Part shown: piece after piece, positions 8,113-18,600 of the stretch | Numbering within the stretch: position 1 is the first letter of the stretch | How the letters are laid out: the number at the start of each line of letters is the position of its first letter | Virus record (IMG/VR): IMGVR_UViG_3300046615_000401 | Location: 1-64,000 of that record | From: a virus | Lineage: Duplodnaviria; Caudoviricetes | Length of the DNA: 64,000 nt | Strand: one strand, 5' to 3' | Translations under genes and position numbers: made by a program | The notes under the pieces: generated by a model | The model's input: only the letters and a program-made list of their open reading frames with translations | Told to the model about the DNA's origin: nothing | The model's database searches: none

Positions 8113-9534
8113 ATGACTGCTCGCCAATACAACGGTGGTAATGCCCCCGGCAATCTGTCCACCATGTCGCCCCAGCTGCTGGATCAGTACTTCCAGAAGC
8201 AGGCGCTGATCGAAGCACGCAAGCTGCAGTTCTTCACCCAGCTGGCCGATGTGACCTCCATGCCCAAGAACATGGGCAAGAAAATCATCCGCTACCACTA
8301 CCTGCCGATGCTGGATGACGCCAACATCAATGACCAGGGTATCGACGCTGCTGGCCTGACCATTCTGGGCACCCAGTACCATGTGACCCTGCCATCGCTG
8401 CTGCTGGCGGTCGCCAATGCCGGCAAAGCTGCGGCTGTCACCGCCATCCAGGACAACATGGACGGCGTCACCGCGGTCGCTGGTGCTGATGGCTCCGGTG
8501 GTACCGGCCTGGCGACGATTACCGTCACCGGTTCGCGTGTATTCCGTGTCTCGACGCTGGCCAAGGCCAATGCGATCGTCGCACTGAACGTGGGTGCTCA
8601 GGCTCACCAGGCTTCCGGTAACCTGTATGGCTCGTCGAAAGACATCGGTACCATCTCCGGCAAAATGCCAGCGTTGTCGGAAACCGGTGGCCGCGTGAAC
8701 CGTGTTGGCTTCAAACGTAAAACCCTCGAAGGCACCTTCGAGAACTTCGGCTTCTTCGACGAATACACCCAGGAATCGGTGGACTTCGATAGCGATGCTG
8801 AGATGATGTCGCACGTCAACCGCGAGATGATCAACGGTGCCAACGAGATCACCGAAGATGCCCTGCAGATCGACCTGATCAACGCCGCTGGCGTGGTCAA
8901 GTTCGCCGGCAATGCAACCCAGAACTCGGACGTGGGCCTGGATGACATCGTCACCTACACCGACCTGATGCGTCTGTCGATCGACCTGGACAACAACCGC
9001 ACGCCGAAGCACACCACCATCATCACCGGCACCCGTCTGGTCGATACCAAGGTGCTGCCAGCAGCCCGCATCATGTACATCGGTTCGGAAATGCTGCCGA
9101 CCCTGTACGCGATGAAGGATCTGCACAACAACCCGGCCTTCGTCTCGGTGGAGAAGTATGCCGCTGGTGGTACCACGGTGCTGGGTGAAGAAGGCGCCAT
9201 CGCCAAGTTCCGTGCGGTCATCGTGCCGGAAATGATGAAGTGGGCTGGTGCTGGTGCGGATGCCTCGGCGGACGCCACCTGCTACGAGACGGCTGGCCGC
9301 TTCGACGTGTTCCCGATGCTCGTTGTCGGTGACGAGTCCTTCACCACCATCGGCTTCCAGACCGATGGCAAAACCGTGAAGTTCAAGATCATCCACAAGA
9401 AGCCCGGCGAAGCCACGGCTGACCGTAACGATCCTTACGGTAAGACCGGCTTCATGTCGATCGAGTGGTACTACGGCTTCATGGCCCTGCGTCCTGAACG
9501 CATCGGCCTGATCAAAACCGTCGCCAAGTTGTAA
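8113..9534 (+). CDS. Major capsid protein (N4 gp56-like) with an internal insertion
   Basis: MPKNMGKKIIRYHYLP, NLYGSSKDIGTI, GGRVNRVGF, FDVFPMLVVGDESFTTIG, DPYG..GF.SI.WYYG; strongly biased codon usage. Confidence 0.95.
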   Translation: MTARQYNGGNAPGNLSTMSPQLLDQYFQKQALIEARKLQFFTQLADVTSMPKNMGKKIIRYHYLPMLDDANINDQGIDAAGLTILGTQYHVTLPSLLLAVANAGKAAAVTAIQDNMDGVTAVAGADGSGGTGLATITVTGSRVFRVSTLAKANAIVALNVGAQAHQASGNLYGSSKDIGTISGKMPALSETGGRVNRVGFKRKTLEGTFENFGFFDEYTQESVDFDSDAEMMSHVNREMINGANEITEDALQIDLINAAGVVKFAGNATQNSDVGLDDIVTYTDLMRLSIDLDNNRTPKHTTIITGTRLVDTKVLPAARIMYIGSEMLPTLYAMKDLHNNPAFVSVEKYAAGGTTVLGEEGAIAKFRAVIVPEMMKWAGAGADASADATCYETAGRFDVFPMLVVGDESFTTIGFQTDGKTVKFKIIHKKPGEATADRNDPYGKTGFMSIEWYYGFMALRPERIGLIKTVAKL

Positions 9535-9551
9535 TCGTCGAAGCAAGCCAA

Positions 9552-9577
9552 GGGGAGGGAGAGATCCCTCCCCATTT
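9552..9577 (+). terminator. Terminator-like hairpin after the capsid gene
   Basis: GGGGAGGGA-GAGA-TCCCTCCCC-ATTT; short U tail. Confidence 0.65.
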
Positions 9578-9594
9578 ACTGAACATCACAAGGA

Positions 9595-10341
9595 ATGAAC
9601 ATGGAAAATCTGGACCAATCCGACAAAATCCCTGGCATCGACGATGATGCGCCGGCACTGCCTGTGTCCGATGAACTGTCCGTGCTGAAAGACCGCGCCG
9701 ACCTGATGGGCGTGCCTTACCATCCTTCCATTGGCTTGGAAAAGCTGCGCGCCAAAGTCAATGAAGCCATCGCTGCTGAAGGTGCACCGAAACATGCGGA
9801 CGATGACACTGACGAACTCCCTACGGCCCCTGTTTCAGCTCCACTGGCTTCCGCGCCGGTTCAAGCCTACCAGGCGCCCGTGATCATCCAGTCGGTCATG
9901 CCGGCTGTGCGCTACATTACCCCGAAACAGCATGCCGACCAGGTCAGCGTAAGTCCGGAAGGTGAAAACCCCAGCCAGAAGCGTCTGCGCCAGAAACGCC
10001 ATGCCAACGAGCTGATCCGCATCCGTGTCACCTGCATGAATCCAGCCAAGAAAGAATGGGAAGGTGAGATCTTCGCTGCCGGTAACAACCTGGTGGGCAC
10101 GCTGAAGAAATACGTCCCGTTCGGCGTCGATGACGGCTGGCATGTGCCCCGCATCATGTACAACGTCATCCGTGACCGTATGGCCCAGATCTTCGTCACC
10201 GTCACCGACGAGAAGGGCAACAAGGTCCGTCGTGGCCGGCTGATCCGTGAATTCGCCATCGAAGTGCTGGATCCGTTGAATCCCACCGAGCTGGCCGAGC
10301 TGGCTGCCCGTCAAGCCGCTACCCGCGCCATTGACGCTTAA
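9595..10341 (+). CDS. N4 gp55-like protein
   Basis: LKDRADLMGV.YHPSIGLEKLR and LIRIRVTCMNPAKKEWEGEIF motifs; synteny after the capsid gene. Confidence 0.75.
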   Translation: MNMENLDQSDKIPGIDDDAPALPVSDELSVLKDRADLMGVPYHPSIGLEKLRAKVNEAIAAEGAPKHADDDTDELPTAPVSAPLASAPVQAYQAPVIIQSVMPAVRYITPKQHADQVSVSPEGENPSQKRLRQKRHANELIRIRVTCMNPAKKEWEGEIFAAGNNLVGTLKKYVPFGVDDGWHVPRIMYNVIRDRMAQIFVTVTDEKGNKVRRGRLIREFAIEVLDPLNPTELAELAARQAATRAIDA

Positions 10342-10370
10342 TCAGTAGTCCAACCTCACAGGAGCAAACC

Positions 10371-10616
10371 ATGACGGTACGAGCGAAATTCAAAGTGAAC
10401 TCGGTCACCAAACAGGAACACTGGGACAAGTCCAAACCCCCTATCGTGACCATCACGATGCAACCGGTGTCTGGGGGCAGTCCTGAAAATGCGGCGTTCT
10501 ACGCCTCCACCCCTGGTGGTGAAATCAAGCTGAACACACTGAATGGTGAAGTGGGCGACCAACTCACTTTGGGTGTCGAGTTCTACGTGGACTTCACCCC
10601 AGCAAACGCTGCGTAA
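10371..10616 (+). CDS. Small phage hypothetical protein
   Basis: 81 aa with AGGAG SD; VRAKFKV...ENAAFYASTPGGEIKL resembles a widespread small phage family (from memory). Confidence 0.75.
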   Translation: MTVRAKFKVNSVTKQEHWDKSKPPIVTITMQPVSGGSPENAAFYASTPGGEIKLNTLNGEVGDQLTLGVEFYVDFTPANAA

Positions 10617-10642
10617 TCACATCACTTATACCTGGATAGAAT

Positions 10643-11581
10643 ATGGCTGAACTCGTAATGAACGACCTGACTACTGGTGCCTTGAATGGTACCGGTGCCT
10701 TCGACATACTGATGCGGACCACCAAGGCGCATCTGGAAGCGGAGTATGACAAGGGACGTATCAAGGGTCCGGAGTACGCCACGGTCTATCTGGGTGCGCT
10801 GGATAATGTGATGGCGAATGCCCTGCAGTTCCTGCTGCAGGGTCGCCAGATGAGTCTGCAATCGGACCTGCTGGCGCAGCAGATCATTCTGGCCCAGGTG
10901 GAAGTGCAGAAGGCCGCCATCCAGCTGCAATTGCTGGATATTGAAAAGCAGAAGGTCAATGCGGAAGTCGCTGAGATTACCGCACGCACCGCCCTGCTTG
11001 GCCAACAGAAGATTAATCTGGCAGCAGAACTGCCAAAAATCATCGCTGAAGTCGCTGAGATGGGCTCGCGTGCACAACTGACCGCCCAGCAAGTTATCAA
11101 CATGGCGGCTGAGCTGCCCAAGATCATTGCCGAAGTGGCAGAGATGGAATCCCGTGCCACGTTGACCGCTCAACAGGTGACCAACCTGAATGCCGAATCC
11201 CTGAACATCCCGAAACAGGGTGAACTGCTGGATGCCCAGGTGTGCAAGCTGCAGGCCGAGTTCGACCTGACGGTGAACACCAACACCAAGACCACCGGCG
11301 AGATCGCCTTGCTGTCGCAGCGCACCGCCACCGAACGGGCACAGACCCAGGCACTGGGTGTGGATGACGACAGCGTGATTGGCAAGCAGAAGTCACTGTA
11401 TGGTGCACAGACAAGCGGCTTTACCCGTGATGCTGAGCAGAAGGTAGCCAAGACGCTGATTGATACCTGGTCCGCCCGCCGCATGTCGGATGAGGGTACG
11501 GTGGCCGATGGCGTGAACATGCTGCAAGATTCAACTATCGGTCGGGCTGTCAACAAACTGCTGGCTGGTATTAACGCCTAA
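10643..11581 (+). CDS. Virion structural protein (N4 gp54-like)
   Basis: LTTGALNGTGAFDILM...GRIKGPEYATVYLG N-terminus; coiled-coil repeats. Confidence 0.75.
   Translation: MAELVMNDLTTGALNGTGAFDILMRTTKAHLEAEYDKGRIKGPEYATVYLGALDNVMANALQFLLQGRQMSLQSDLLAQQIILAQVEVQKAAIQLQLLDIEKQKVNAEVAEITARTALLGQQKINLAAELPKIIAEVAEMGSRAQLTAQQVINMAAELPKIIAEVAEMESRATLTAQQVTNLNAESLNIPKQGELLDAQVCKLQAEFDLTVNTNTKTTGEIALLSQRTATERAQTQALGVDDDSVIGKQKSLYGAQTSGFTRDAEQKVAKTLIDTWSARRMSDEGTVADGVNMLQDSTIGRAVNKLLAGINA
10961..11212 (+). repeat. Three tandem 84-bp (28-aa) coding repeats
   Basis: AEVAE..R..L..QQ..N..AE...I units start at 10961, 11045 and 11129. Confidence 0.9.
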
Positions 11582-11601
11582 GCCTTACCTGACTGGTTTC
11601 A

Positions 11602-11629
11602 GGGGAGTCATTTATGGCTCCCCATTTTT
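11602..11629 (+). terminator. Intrinsic terminator
   Basis: GGGGAGTCA-TTTA-TGGCTCCCC-ATTTTT. Confidence 0.75.
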
Positions 11630-11646
11630 GCATGTAAAGGATCAGC

Positions 11647-13884
11647 ATGGGCCTATTTAGCAGCAAGTACGTCACCAATGTGGCCACCACGGTATCCCGT
11701 GTGATCGAAGATCATTCCTTGCCCAATTCGGTCAAGCATGGTGCCATTAAAGGCTTGCTGGCCAACGATGACCAGTTCGTCGAGAACGTACTGGAGGAGG
11801 TGATCGGTAGTGTGGGCATCCGTGCCGATCGCCTATACACCTATGGCAAGAACAACTACCTGTATGGCCTACCTTCGGGTGCTATTCAACAGGAAGCTTC
11901 CGGCACGGCAGTGGTGCAGGCTACCATTGCTGGTTTGGTAGGCCAAGCAGTGACGCTGGACTACTACCACTTCGGAGCGCTCAACAATCTGCATGTGGGC
12001 TGGGTCAAGCTGATGGCCGACCATGCCTACAGCCCGAACACGAATCAGATCGGTGATCTCACAGCTGCCAAGGGCAAGCCAGTCTACCTGACCAATGTGG
12101 CCGTGGTGGTCACCGAAGCCACGTTGCTGGAATTGTCCAACGGCTCGCTGGAACAATGGGGGGAACCGGCTGATACGGGTTCACAGGACACTGGTTCGGC
12201 CATGGATGCAGCACTGCGCGGTGCCAACGCACTCAAGAAGCGCACCCTGTTCGAGCTGGATGCCACGGCACCAAACGACTACCTGCGGGTGGACTACCGC
12301 TGGACCGAGGACACCACAGCGGTAGTGGAAGGCGTCACCATTACCCGGCCTCAGAGTATGACCGGTTCATTCAATATTCCTTTCACCGGCTACGATCAGG
12401 AGGCGGACTGGCATCAGGCCCGCTACACCCGTGCTGATGGTCAGATTGGCTACTGGCTGTACCAGGCCCATGCCGGCACCTATCCTGCCGTGGATGCGTT
12501 GCACAATCCACTGTACACCGGCAATGGTAGCTACTTCCCCTTTGGTTACTTCCGCTTCGCCAAGGTATCCGGCCTGGCTGACAAAACCAGTAATTGGTAC
12601 AAGCACAGCAAGAAGATGATGAACTACGTCAATCTGGATTACGACCAGGTGACGGAAGCCATCCATGCCAACCCGGACATCGACCAGGTGGAACAAGCCA
12701 TGTTGATGGTGGCAGTGCCGGCCGTGACCAGTGATCCCACCGAGCAGCGCTACCTGTTTGACTACTTCACCCAGATGCTGGACCTGACCGAGAACAAGGT
12801 CGGTGGTCATATTCAGGACATGCTCAATGGCAGCCGGGCCGCCACCAACATCGTCATCCAGGATGCCCGTTTCAAGATGGCACTGGGCTACAGCCACATC
12901 TACAAGAAGATCGTGCACGGCAACATCGGCTCCGTGGGCAGCTACACCAGCGGACTGGGTTCGGATACACAGGTGGTTACCGGCATCAACACCGAGGATG
13001 GCGGGCCGGTCAACTGGAGCACGGCGCAGCAGTCGCACTTCTATCGGCACCAGATTAGTGAAACCCAGTATCAGGAGATCCGTGTCACTGGCTTGAAGAT
13101 GACGTACTACATCTTTGAGCAGTACACCACGGTGGGCGATGAGAACGATCCCATCCTGCTGATCCCGATCGACCGCAGTATCAGCAAGCGCTACTCGATC
13201 CCAGAGCGGGAAACGCTGTATGCCCGCAGTCTGCATTACGTCTTCAACAGCCGGGTGATCACCAAGATCAAATGGTATCAGACAGGGTTTTTCAAGATCC
13301 TGATGGTCATTGTGGCCATCGTGATTGCCTTCTTCTCCGAGCAATGGCAGCTGGTGGGGGCAGCATTGGCCGCAGGTACCTTGACCATTGAAGCACTGGT
13401 GTATGCCCTGCTGATCGGGGTCATCAAGTATCTGGTAATTGGGCTGGCCATCAAGCTGTTCGTCAAGGTGGTAGGTGTCAAGGTGGCCTTCATTGTCGCC
13501 ATCGTGGCCGCCCTTGCTGGTGTGTACCAGACGATAGATGCGGGCTCCATCCAGGCAGCTCCCTGGGCTAAGGATCTGCTACAGCTGTCCACTGGCTTAA
13601 CCAAGGGTATCAATTTGGAGCTGCAGAGAGAGTTTGCGGACCTGAAGACAGAAGTGGATGAATTCAGCGTATTCGCCACTGCGCAGGAGAAACGCTTAGA
13701 CGACGCGCAGAAGCTGTTGGATAACAGCAATTGGGCGGCGCCATTCATCGTTTTCGGGGAAAAACCCGATGATTATTATCAAAGAACAGTGCATTCCGGT
13801 AACATTGGGGTATTGGGCCTTGATGCGATATCGGCCTACGTAGATGTAGCGCTGACGCTCCCTAAACTATCTGAAACCTTGTAG
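11647..13884 (+). CDS. Virion protein with C-terminal hydrophobic helices (N4 gp53-like)
   Basis: 745 aa; MGLFSSK start; several TM-like segments near aa 545-630. Confidence 0.75.
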   Translation: MGLFSSKYVTNVATTVSRVIEDHSLPNSVKHGAIKGLLANDDQFVENVLEEVIGSVGIRADRLYTYGKNNYLYGLPSGAIQQEASGTAVVQATIAGLVGQAVTLDYYHFGALNNLHVGWVKLMADHAYSPNTNQIGDLTAAKGKPVYLTNVAVVVTEATLLELSNGSLEQWGEPADTGSQDTGSAMDAALRGANALKKRTLFELDATAPNDYLRVDYRWTEDTTAVVEGVTITRPQSMTGSFNIPFTGYDQEADWHQARYTRADGQIGYWLYQAHAGTYPAVDALHNPLYTGNGSYFPFGYFRFAKVSGLADKTSNWYKHSKKMMNYVNLDYDQVTEAIHANPDIDQVEQAMLMVAVPAVTSDPTEQRYLFDYFTQMLDLTENKVGGHIQDMLNGSRAATNIVIQDARFKMALGYSHIYKKIVHGNIGSVGSYTSGLGSDTQVVTGINTEDGGPVNWSTAQQSHFYRHQISETQYQEIRVTGLKMTYYIFEQYTTVGDENDPILLIPIDRSISKRYSIPERETLYARSLHYVFNSRVITKIKWYQTGFFKILMVIVAIVIAFFSEQWQLVGAALAAGTLTIEALVYALLIGVIKYLVIGLAIKLFVKVVGVKVAFIVAIVAALAGVYQTIDAGSIQAAPWAKDLLQLSTGLTKGINLELQREFADLKTEVDEFSVFATAQEKRLDDAQKLLDNSNWAAPFIVFGEKPDDYYQRTVHSGNIGVLGLDAISAYVDVALTLPKLSETL

Positions 13885-13896
13885 GAGATCGATTAT

Positions 13897-14346
13897 ATGG
13901 CTGGATACGATATGAACTGGGGCCAAACCCCCTTGAACTCCCTGAATGGTACACCTGACTACCTACAGTCGTTGACTCCGGATTACTTGCAGAACGTTAA
14001 TCTGGCAGCTGGTACTGCAGCGCCTTCTGTCATGGGCGGTGTGGGTGACTGGTTTAATAACTCTGGTTTCTTTGGCTCCACAGCAGCTGACGGAACCAAA
14101 ACCCAAGGTTGGGGTGGTACTGCTATCGGTGTGGCACAAGGACTGGGTAATGCCTTCCTTGGTATGAAGCAATACGGCTTGGCCAAGGATCAGTTGGCCT
14201 TTGGTAAGGAACAGTTCAACAAGAACTACGCTGCACAGCAGAAGACCACCAATGCCGCGTTTGAGGATCGTCAACGTGCACGGGTGGCCTCTAATCCTGG
14301 CGCCTACCAGTCAGTAGGTGACTATATGAAACAGAACGGGATCTAA
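13897..14346 (+). CDS. Small virion/ejection protein (N4 gp52-like)
   Basis: 149 aa, Gly-rich; KQYGLAKDQLAFGKEQFNKNY..Q pattern; synteny. Confidence 0.75.
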   Translation: MAGYDMNWGQTPLNSLNGTPDYLQSLTPDYLQNVNLAAGTAAPSVMGGVGDWFNNSGFFGSTAADGTKTQGWGGTAIGVAQGLGNAFLGMKQYGLAKDQLAFGKEQFNKNYAAQQKTTNAAFEDRQRARVASNPGAYQSVGDYMKQNGI

Positions 14347-14347
14347 T

Positions 14348-15589
14348 ATGGCACAACCCATCACCTGGCAGAATGTGAACGGTGTCTCGCTGTCTGATGC
14401 AGGCCGCTCGATTGATTCTGCCCAACGCAGCTTCAATGGCGCCTTCGATGGCTTACAAGGTGTCATCAAGGACCATGAAGCCATTGATACCAGCAATATG
14501 GCTGTACAGAAGCAGAACAACACCCAGTCCTATTTGGACAAGGTGGCTGAACTGGGGCGTACACCTGCTCAACTGCAGGCGGCTATCCAGACGGGGCAGC
14601 TTGAACAGCTGCGTGCCAGCTTCGGTCCGAACATCGACCATGCAGCCACCCGTGGTGCGGCAGAGTCCTTGCTGGACCAACGCTACAAGCAAGTGGCCGC
14701 GGCGAACGAGTTTGCCGACAAGACGCTGACCCGTGAGCAACGACCGATCCATGACAGCATCCTGACTAAAGCTTACGCGGGCGACACCAAAGGTGCCATG
14801 GACCTGCTGGCACAGAATCCTGGCTTGATGGGCTCGCCGGAAATTCAACGTCAGGTAGGTGAATACGCCAATGTGCTCAAGCTGCGGGGGCAGGAGGATA
14901 CCCGCTTCACCCGTGAAGGTGACCTGTTCAAGGTCAAGCTGGCCAATGAGAAGAACCAGGTCAACGTGCAGAATGCCAACATTGCCCAGTCCAACGCCGC
15001 AGTACGGGCTTCGGACGCCAATGTGCAAGCACTCAAGGATGCCGAAGTCGAACGTAAAGACATCCGTGATGCCACCAAGCGCGCCAACGTGGTCCAGAGT
15101 ACCAAGCTGGCACTGAAGGAAGCCGGCAATCTGTACTCGGATGGCGTGTACAACGGCAGCCAGGCGCCTGATCTGATCAAAGAGATGGTCGCCTCGGGTG
15201 TGGGTGACGACGCCAGTGAACGCCTGGCGATCTTGAAGCGCTTTGAAAAAGGCACGATGAAGATCAAGAGCCCCGATGGTAAAAGCGAAGTGGATGTGCC
15301 TATCCCGCTGTCTGCCATGCGTGCTGCCATCCTGGGTTCCAAGGATCAAATCGTTAACTGGCGCAATCAAGGCTGGGCCAACGAAGCAGAAGCCAACTTG
15401 AAAAGTATTCTTCAATCAACCTACACCACGCAAGGGGCGAATGGTCAACAGGTTCTAGCCAACAAAGCAGCTGATGACTACTCGGCCTTCACTCAGACGC
15501 TGAAGAACGCGATCCAAGACCCGTTGATCAAGGGTGGTAATGGTAATCGGGGTACTGTACCACCGCCAACGATGCCAAAACGCCGATAA
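14348..15589 (+). CDS. Virion ejection protein (N4 gp51-like)
   Basis: MAQPITWQNV start; helical; immediately precedes the vRNAP gene. Confidence 0.7.
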   Translation: MAQPITWQNVNGVSLSDAGRSIDSAQRSFNGAFDGLQGVIKDHEAIDTSNMAVQKQNNTQSYLDKVAELGRTPAQLQAAIQTGQLEQLRASFGPNIDHAATRGAAESLLDQRYKQVAAANEFADKTLTREQRPIHDSILTKAYAGDTKGAMDLLAQNPGLMGSPEIQRQVGEYANVLKLRGQEDTRFTREGDLFKVKLANEKNQVNVQNANIAQSNAAVRASDANVQALKDAEVERKDIRDATKRANVVQSTKLALKEAGNLYSDGVYNGSQAPDLIKEMVASGVGDDASERLAILKRFEKGTMKIKSPDGKSEVDVPIPLSAMRAAILGSKDQIVNWRNQGWANEAEANLKSILQSTYTTQGANGQQVLANKAADDYSAFTQTLKNAIQDPLIKGGNGNRGTVPPPTMPKRR

Positions 15590-15605
15590 GCAGCTGTTCT
15601 ATGGC

Positions 15606-15643
15606 AAAAAAGGTGGACTGGAGGAAACTTCGTCCACCTTTTT
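15606..15643 (+). terminator. Intrinsic terminator upstream of vRNAP, followed by TATAAT (15647-15652)
   Basis: AAAAAAGGTGGAC-T-GGAG-GAAA-CTTC-GTCCACC-TTTTT. Confidence 0.8.
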
Positions 15644-15680
15644 CTATATAATCAAGACTTCCACTCCACCAGGATGCACC

Positions 15681-18600
15681 ATGGCCACTCTCGACCAGAT
15701 TCTTGACCAACACCTTGCTAAACAGAAGGAAGAAGCCGCTGGCGGCCTCAACCTGGACACCTACTTCGCTAACCGCTTCGGTGCCACAGCTGGTACGGAT
15801 AAAGTGGATGCTGTGCGGGCTGCAACCAAGGAAAAGGTGCAGAATCTGGAGTCCTTCCGGCAAGCACTGGCAATCAATCAGGAATCCAACCAGGCCGCAG
15901 TAGAGGCCAACAAGCAAGCCTGGTCCACCCGTCTTGGCTTGGAAGCTGATGGTGTGGCCGGCACTGCAGTCAATCAAGCTGCCAGTCTGTACTCCGGTGG
16001 CTCACGTCTGCTGGGTAATGCAATTGCTCTGGCACCTAGTGCTACTGGTTTCGCCTATGAAGCTGTCATCCCCGAAGCAGAGAAGCAACTATACGGCCAG
16101 TACCAGATGTACAAGCGTACCAACACGGCCATCCCTCCGGAGATGGAAGCTGCCCTGAACCGCAAGGTATCCGGTGCCACTGAGGGTACCTCGCCGACGG
16201 ACGCTGCACGTTATCAAGCTGAAGCCGATGCCAATCCCGCCTCCCTGACCGTCAAGCAGGTCATGGAACGTACGGATTCCCTGCGTGGCATGGCCCGCAA
16301 GGTCAACGATTTCTTCGACAATTCCACTGCAGTGCAACAAGATCGGCGTGATGCCCTGTCCGCCGAGCTGGGCCAGGACTTCGCTGCTCGCTGGGGTAAA
16401 GTCACGCAAGGCTGGGACGAAGCCAAAAAGCACCAGTTCATGGCGGCCGGTGGCCACACGATCGAAGGAATCGCCGGTTTACTGCTGGGTGCCGGGGAAG
16501 CCGTGGTCAAGCATCCCATCGCCGCTACCGAGTACATCACTGAGAATGCTCCACAGATTGCGCTAGGCGCCTTGGGCCGGACCGGTATGGCCGCCATGAC
16601 ATCCACCAATGTAGGCTATGCGGTAGATAACTACCAGCAAGGCATCGAGAACTACCAGAAAGCCCATCTAGGCCGTCTTCCAGCGGAGGATGTACGTCAT
16701 ACTATGGCCATTCAAGCGGCTTCATTGGCGGTGGCTGAGTATGTAGGTGAGTTGAACATCCTTCATGCTGGCAAGATGCTGGGTGGTGCTGAGAAAGCTA
16801 CTGCTGAAGTAGCGGCTACCAGCGCAAAGCAATCCATCAAGAACACACTGGGTGCTGTTGCCCATGGTGGTATTGGTGAAGCAGCCACTGAGGGCTATCA
16901 GACCTATATGGAGGGCCAAGTTACTGGCAAGCCAGCCAGTGCCGAGGACATCTACAAGGGTGCTGTCATCGGTGGTGTGGCGGGTGCCGGCCTGTCCGGA
17001 GGTCTGCATGGTATCCATGAAGCCTTGAAGGCAACGCCGGAACACGCTGCCCAACGTGCAGCCGAGGCTACCGACCATGCGACCTTCAACGCCGCGGCAG
17101 AAGCCAACGACCCGGCACCTTACCTGGATCCACAAAGTAAACAGTACGATCCCTCCGAAGCGGTAGGGGTATTGCTGAAACACGCCATGGGTGCGGACGT
17201 GACGCCGGAAACCAAGCAGGCCAACCTGAAACAGGGGAGTGAGATCGTCGCCCAACTGGAAGAAGCACATGCCCAAGCACAGACGGTGGCAGCCACGCAT
17301 ACCCCGGAGGGTATCCAGGAAGCCAAGGACAATCTGGCTGCGGTACAGGAACAGCTGAAGACGGTCGATCCCACGGACAAAGCCAAGGTCACCCAGCTGA
17401 ATTCACTGGTTTCGGATCTGACGGCCGAGGTAGCCGACCGCAGCGACAGCAAACAAGCCATGGCCGCTCGTACTGAGGCATCCAAACTGGAACGTCAGCT
17501 TAATACCGGTCGTGCTCGCCTTGAAGGGCTTACCACCATCGCTGAACCACAGGTTAAGCCAGCTGAAGTAGCTACTATGGTGGATGAAGCAGCCAAACCA
17601 GAGGTAGCAGACCGGTTGATCAATCTGTCCATGACTCAACCGGATAGTATCACCGGTGAGCAGGCTACTAAGCTGGCAGAAGACAAGTCCAACACCTTCA
17701 CCGATGAACAGCGTGCACACTTGCGCGCTTTCTCTGCTGCACGTATCGCTGAGAACCAGTTATCCACACAAAGCAAGGTATCTCAGGAAGTATTCTACGG
17801 TTCGGCCAAGAATGTTGGCATGGCCCAGTACCGTGGCCGGATTGCTGCGGCAATTGCTGCCAATAACCAGAACACGGCGACGCGTCAGCTTGAACAGCTG
17901 CAGACCTTCGCCACCGACCACGCCAGCAAAGCTCAGGCTGCACGCCAAGCCATGCAGGGTGGCATGGGTAACCAGATCGTCAAGCTCACCAACGGCTCCG
18001 GCTGGACCGTGCTGCCCAAAGGGGAGAAGCTGGACAAGACCACCATGGATTCCAACGGCGCCCTGACCATGCAGTCCGGCCGGCTGGTGCAGGATATCCA
18101 GAAGGAAGCCAAAGCCCTTGCCGCCACGGTGGCAGAGATGCAATCTGCTGTGAAGATTAAATTTGGCAACACGGTAAACCCTGTTGTACAATCCAATCCT
18201 TCCGCAAAACAAACGACACTTCCCGGAAATATCAATAGCCCCAAGAATGAGGAGGAGTCCGCACGTCCAGAGCTTCGCCCTGAACCTCCTGCCGTCCGCA
18301 CTCCTACTCTCTCCAGTAATAAGACGCAAACCAAGCAGACGTTTGAAGAACGTCAAGCTTTCAATGCCGCACAGGAAGAAATCGTGCGCAAAGCCAACGC
18401 GGCTTACGCCGCCAAACAAGAAGCCAAGACAGCGAAGTCGGAAGCAGCGCAGCAACCAGCGGTGGTGAGCGCAGCGAACCCCGCGCCCGTTGCGGAGGCT
18501 GCGACGACTGAAGCGGGAGTAGAGAAGAAGGATAATATTTCTTCCCCTGCAGCCTCGCCAGCGTCGTCACCTGCCAGCCCTACGCTCGCTGACGCTCGCG

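Noticed and set aside
15534-15680. N-terminal extension of the vRNAP in the ORF track
   Set aside because: It overlaps the previous gene, crosses a terminator hairpin and contains Cys, unlike the rest of the protein. The start at 15681 is preferred.
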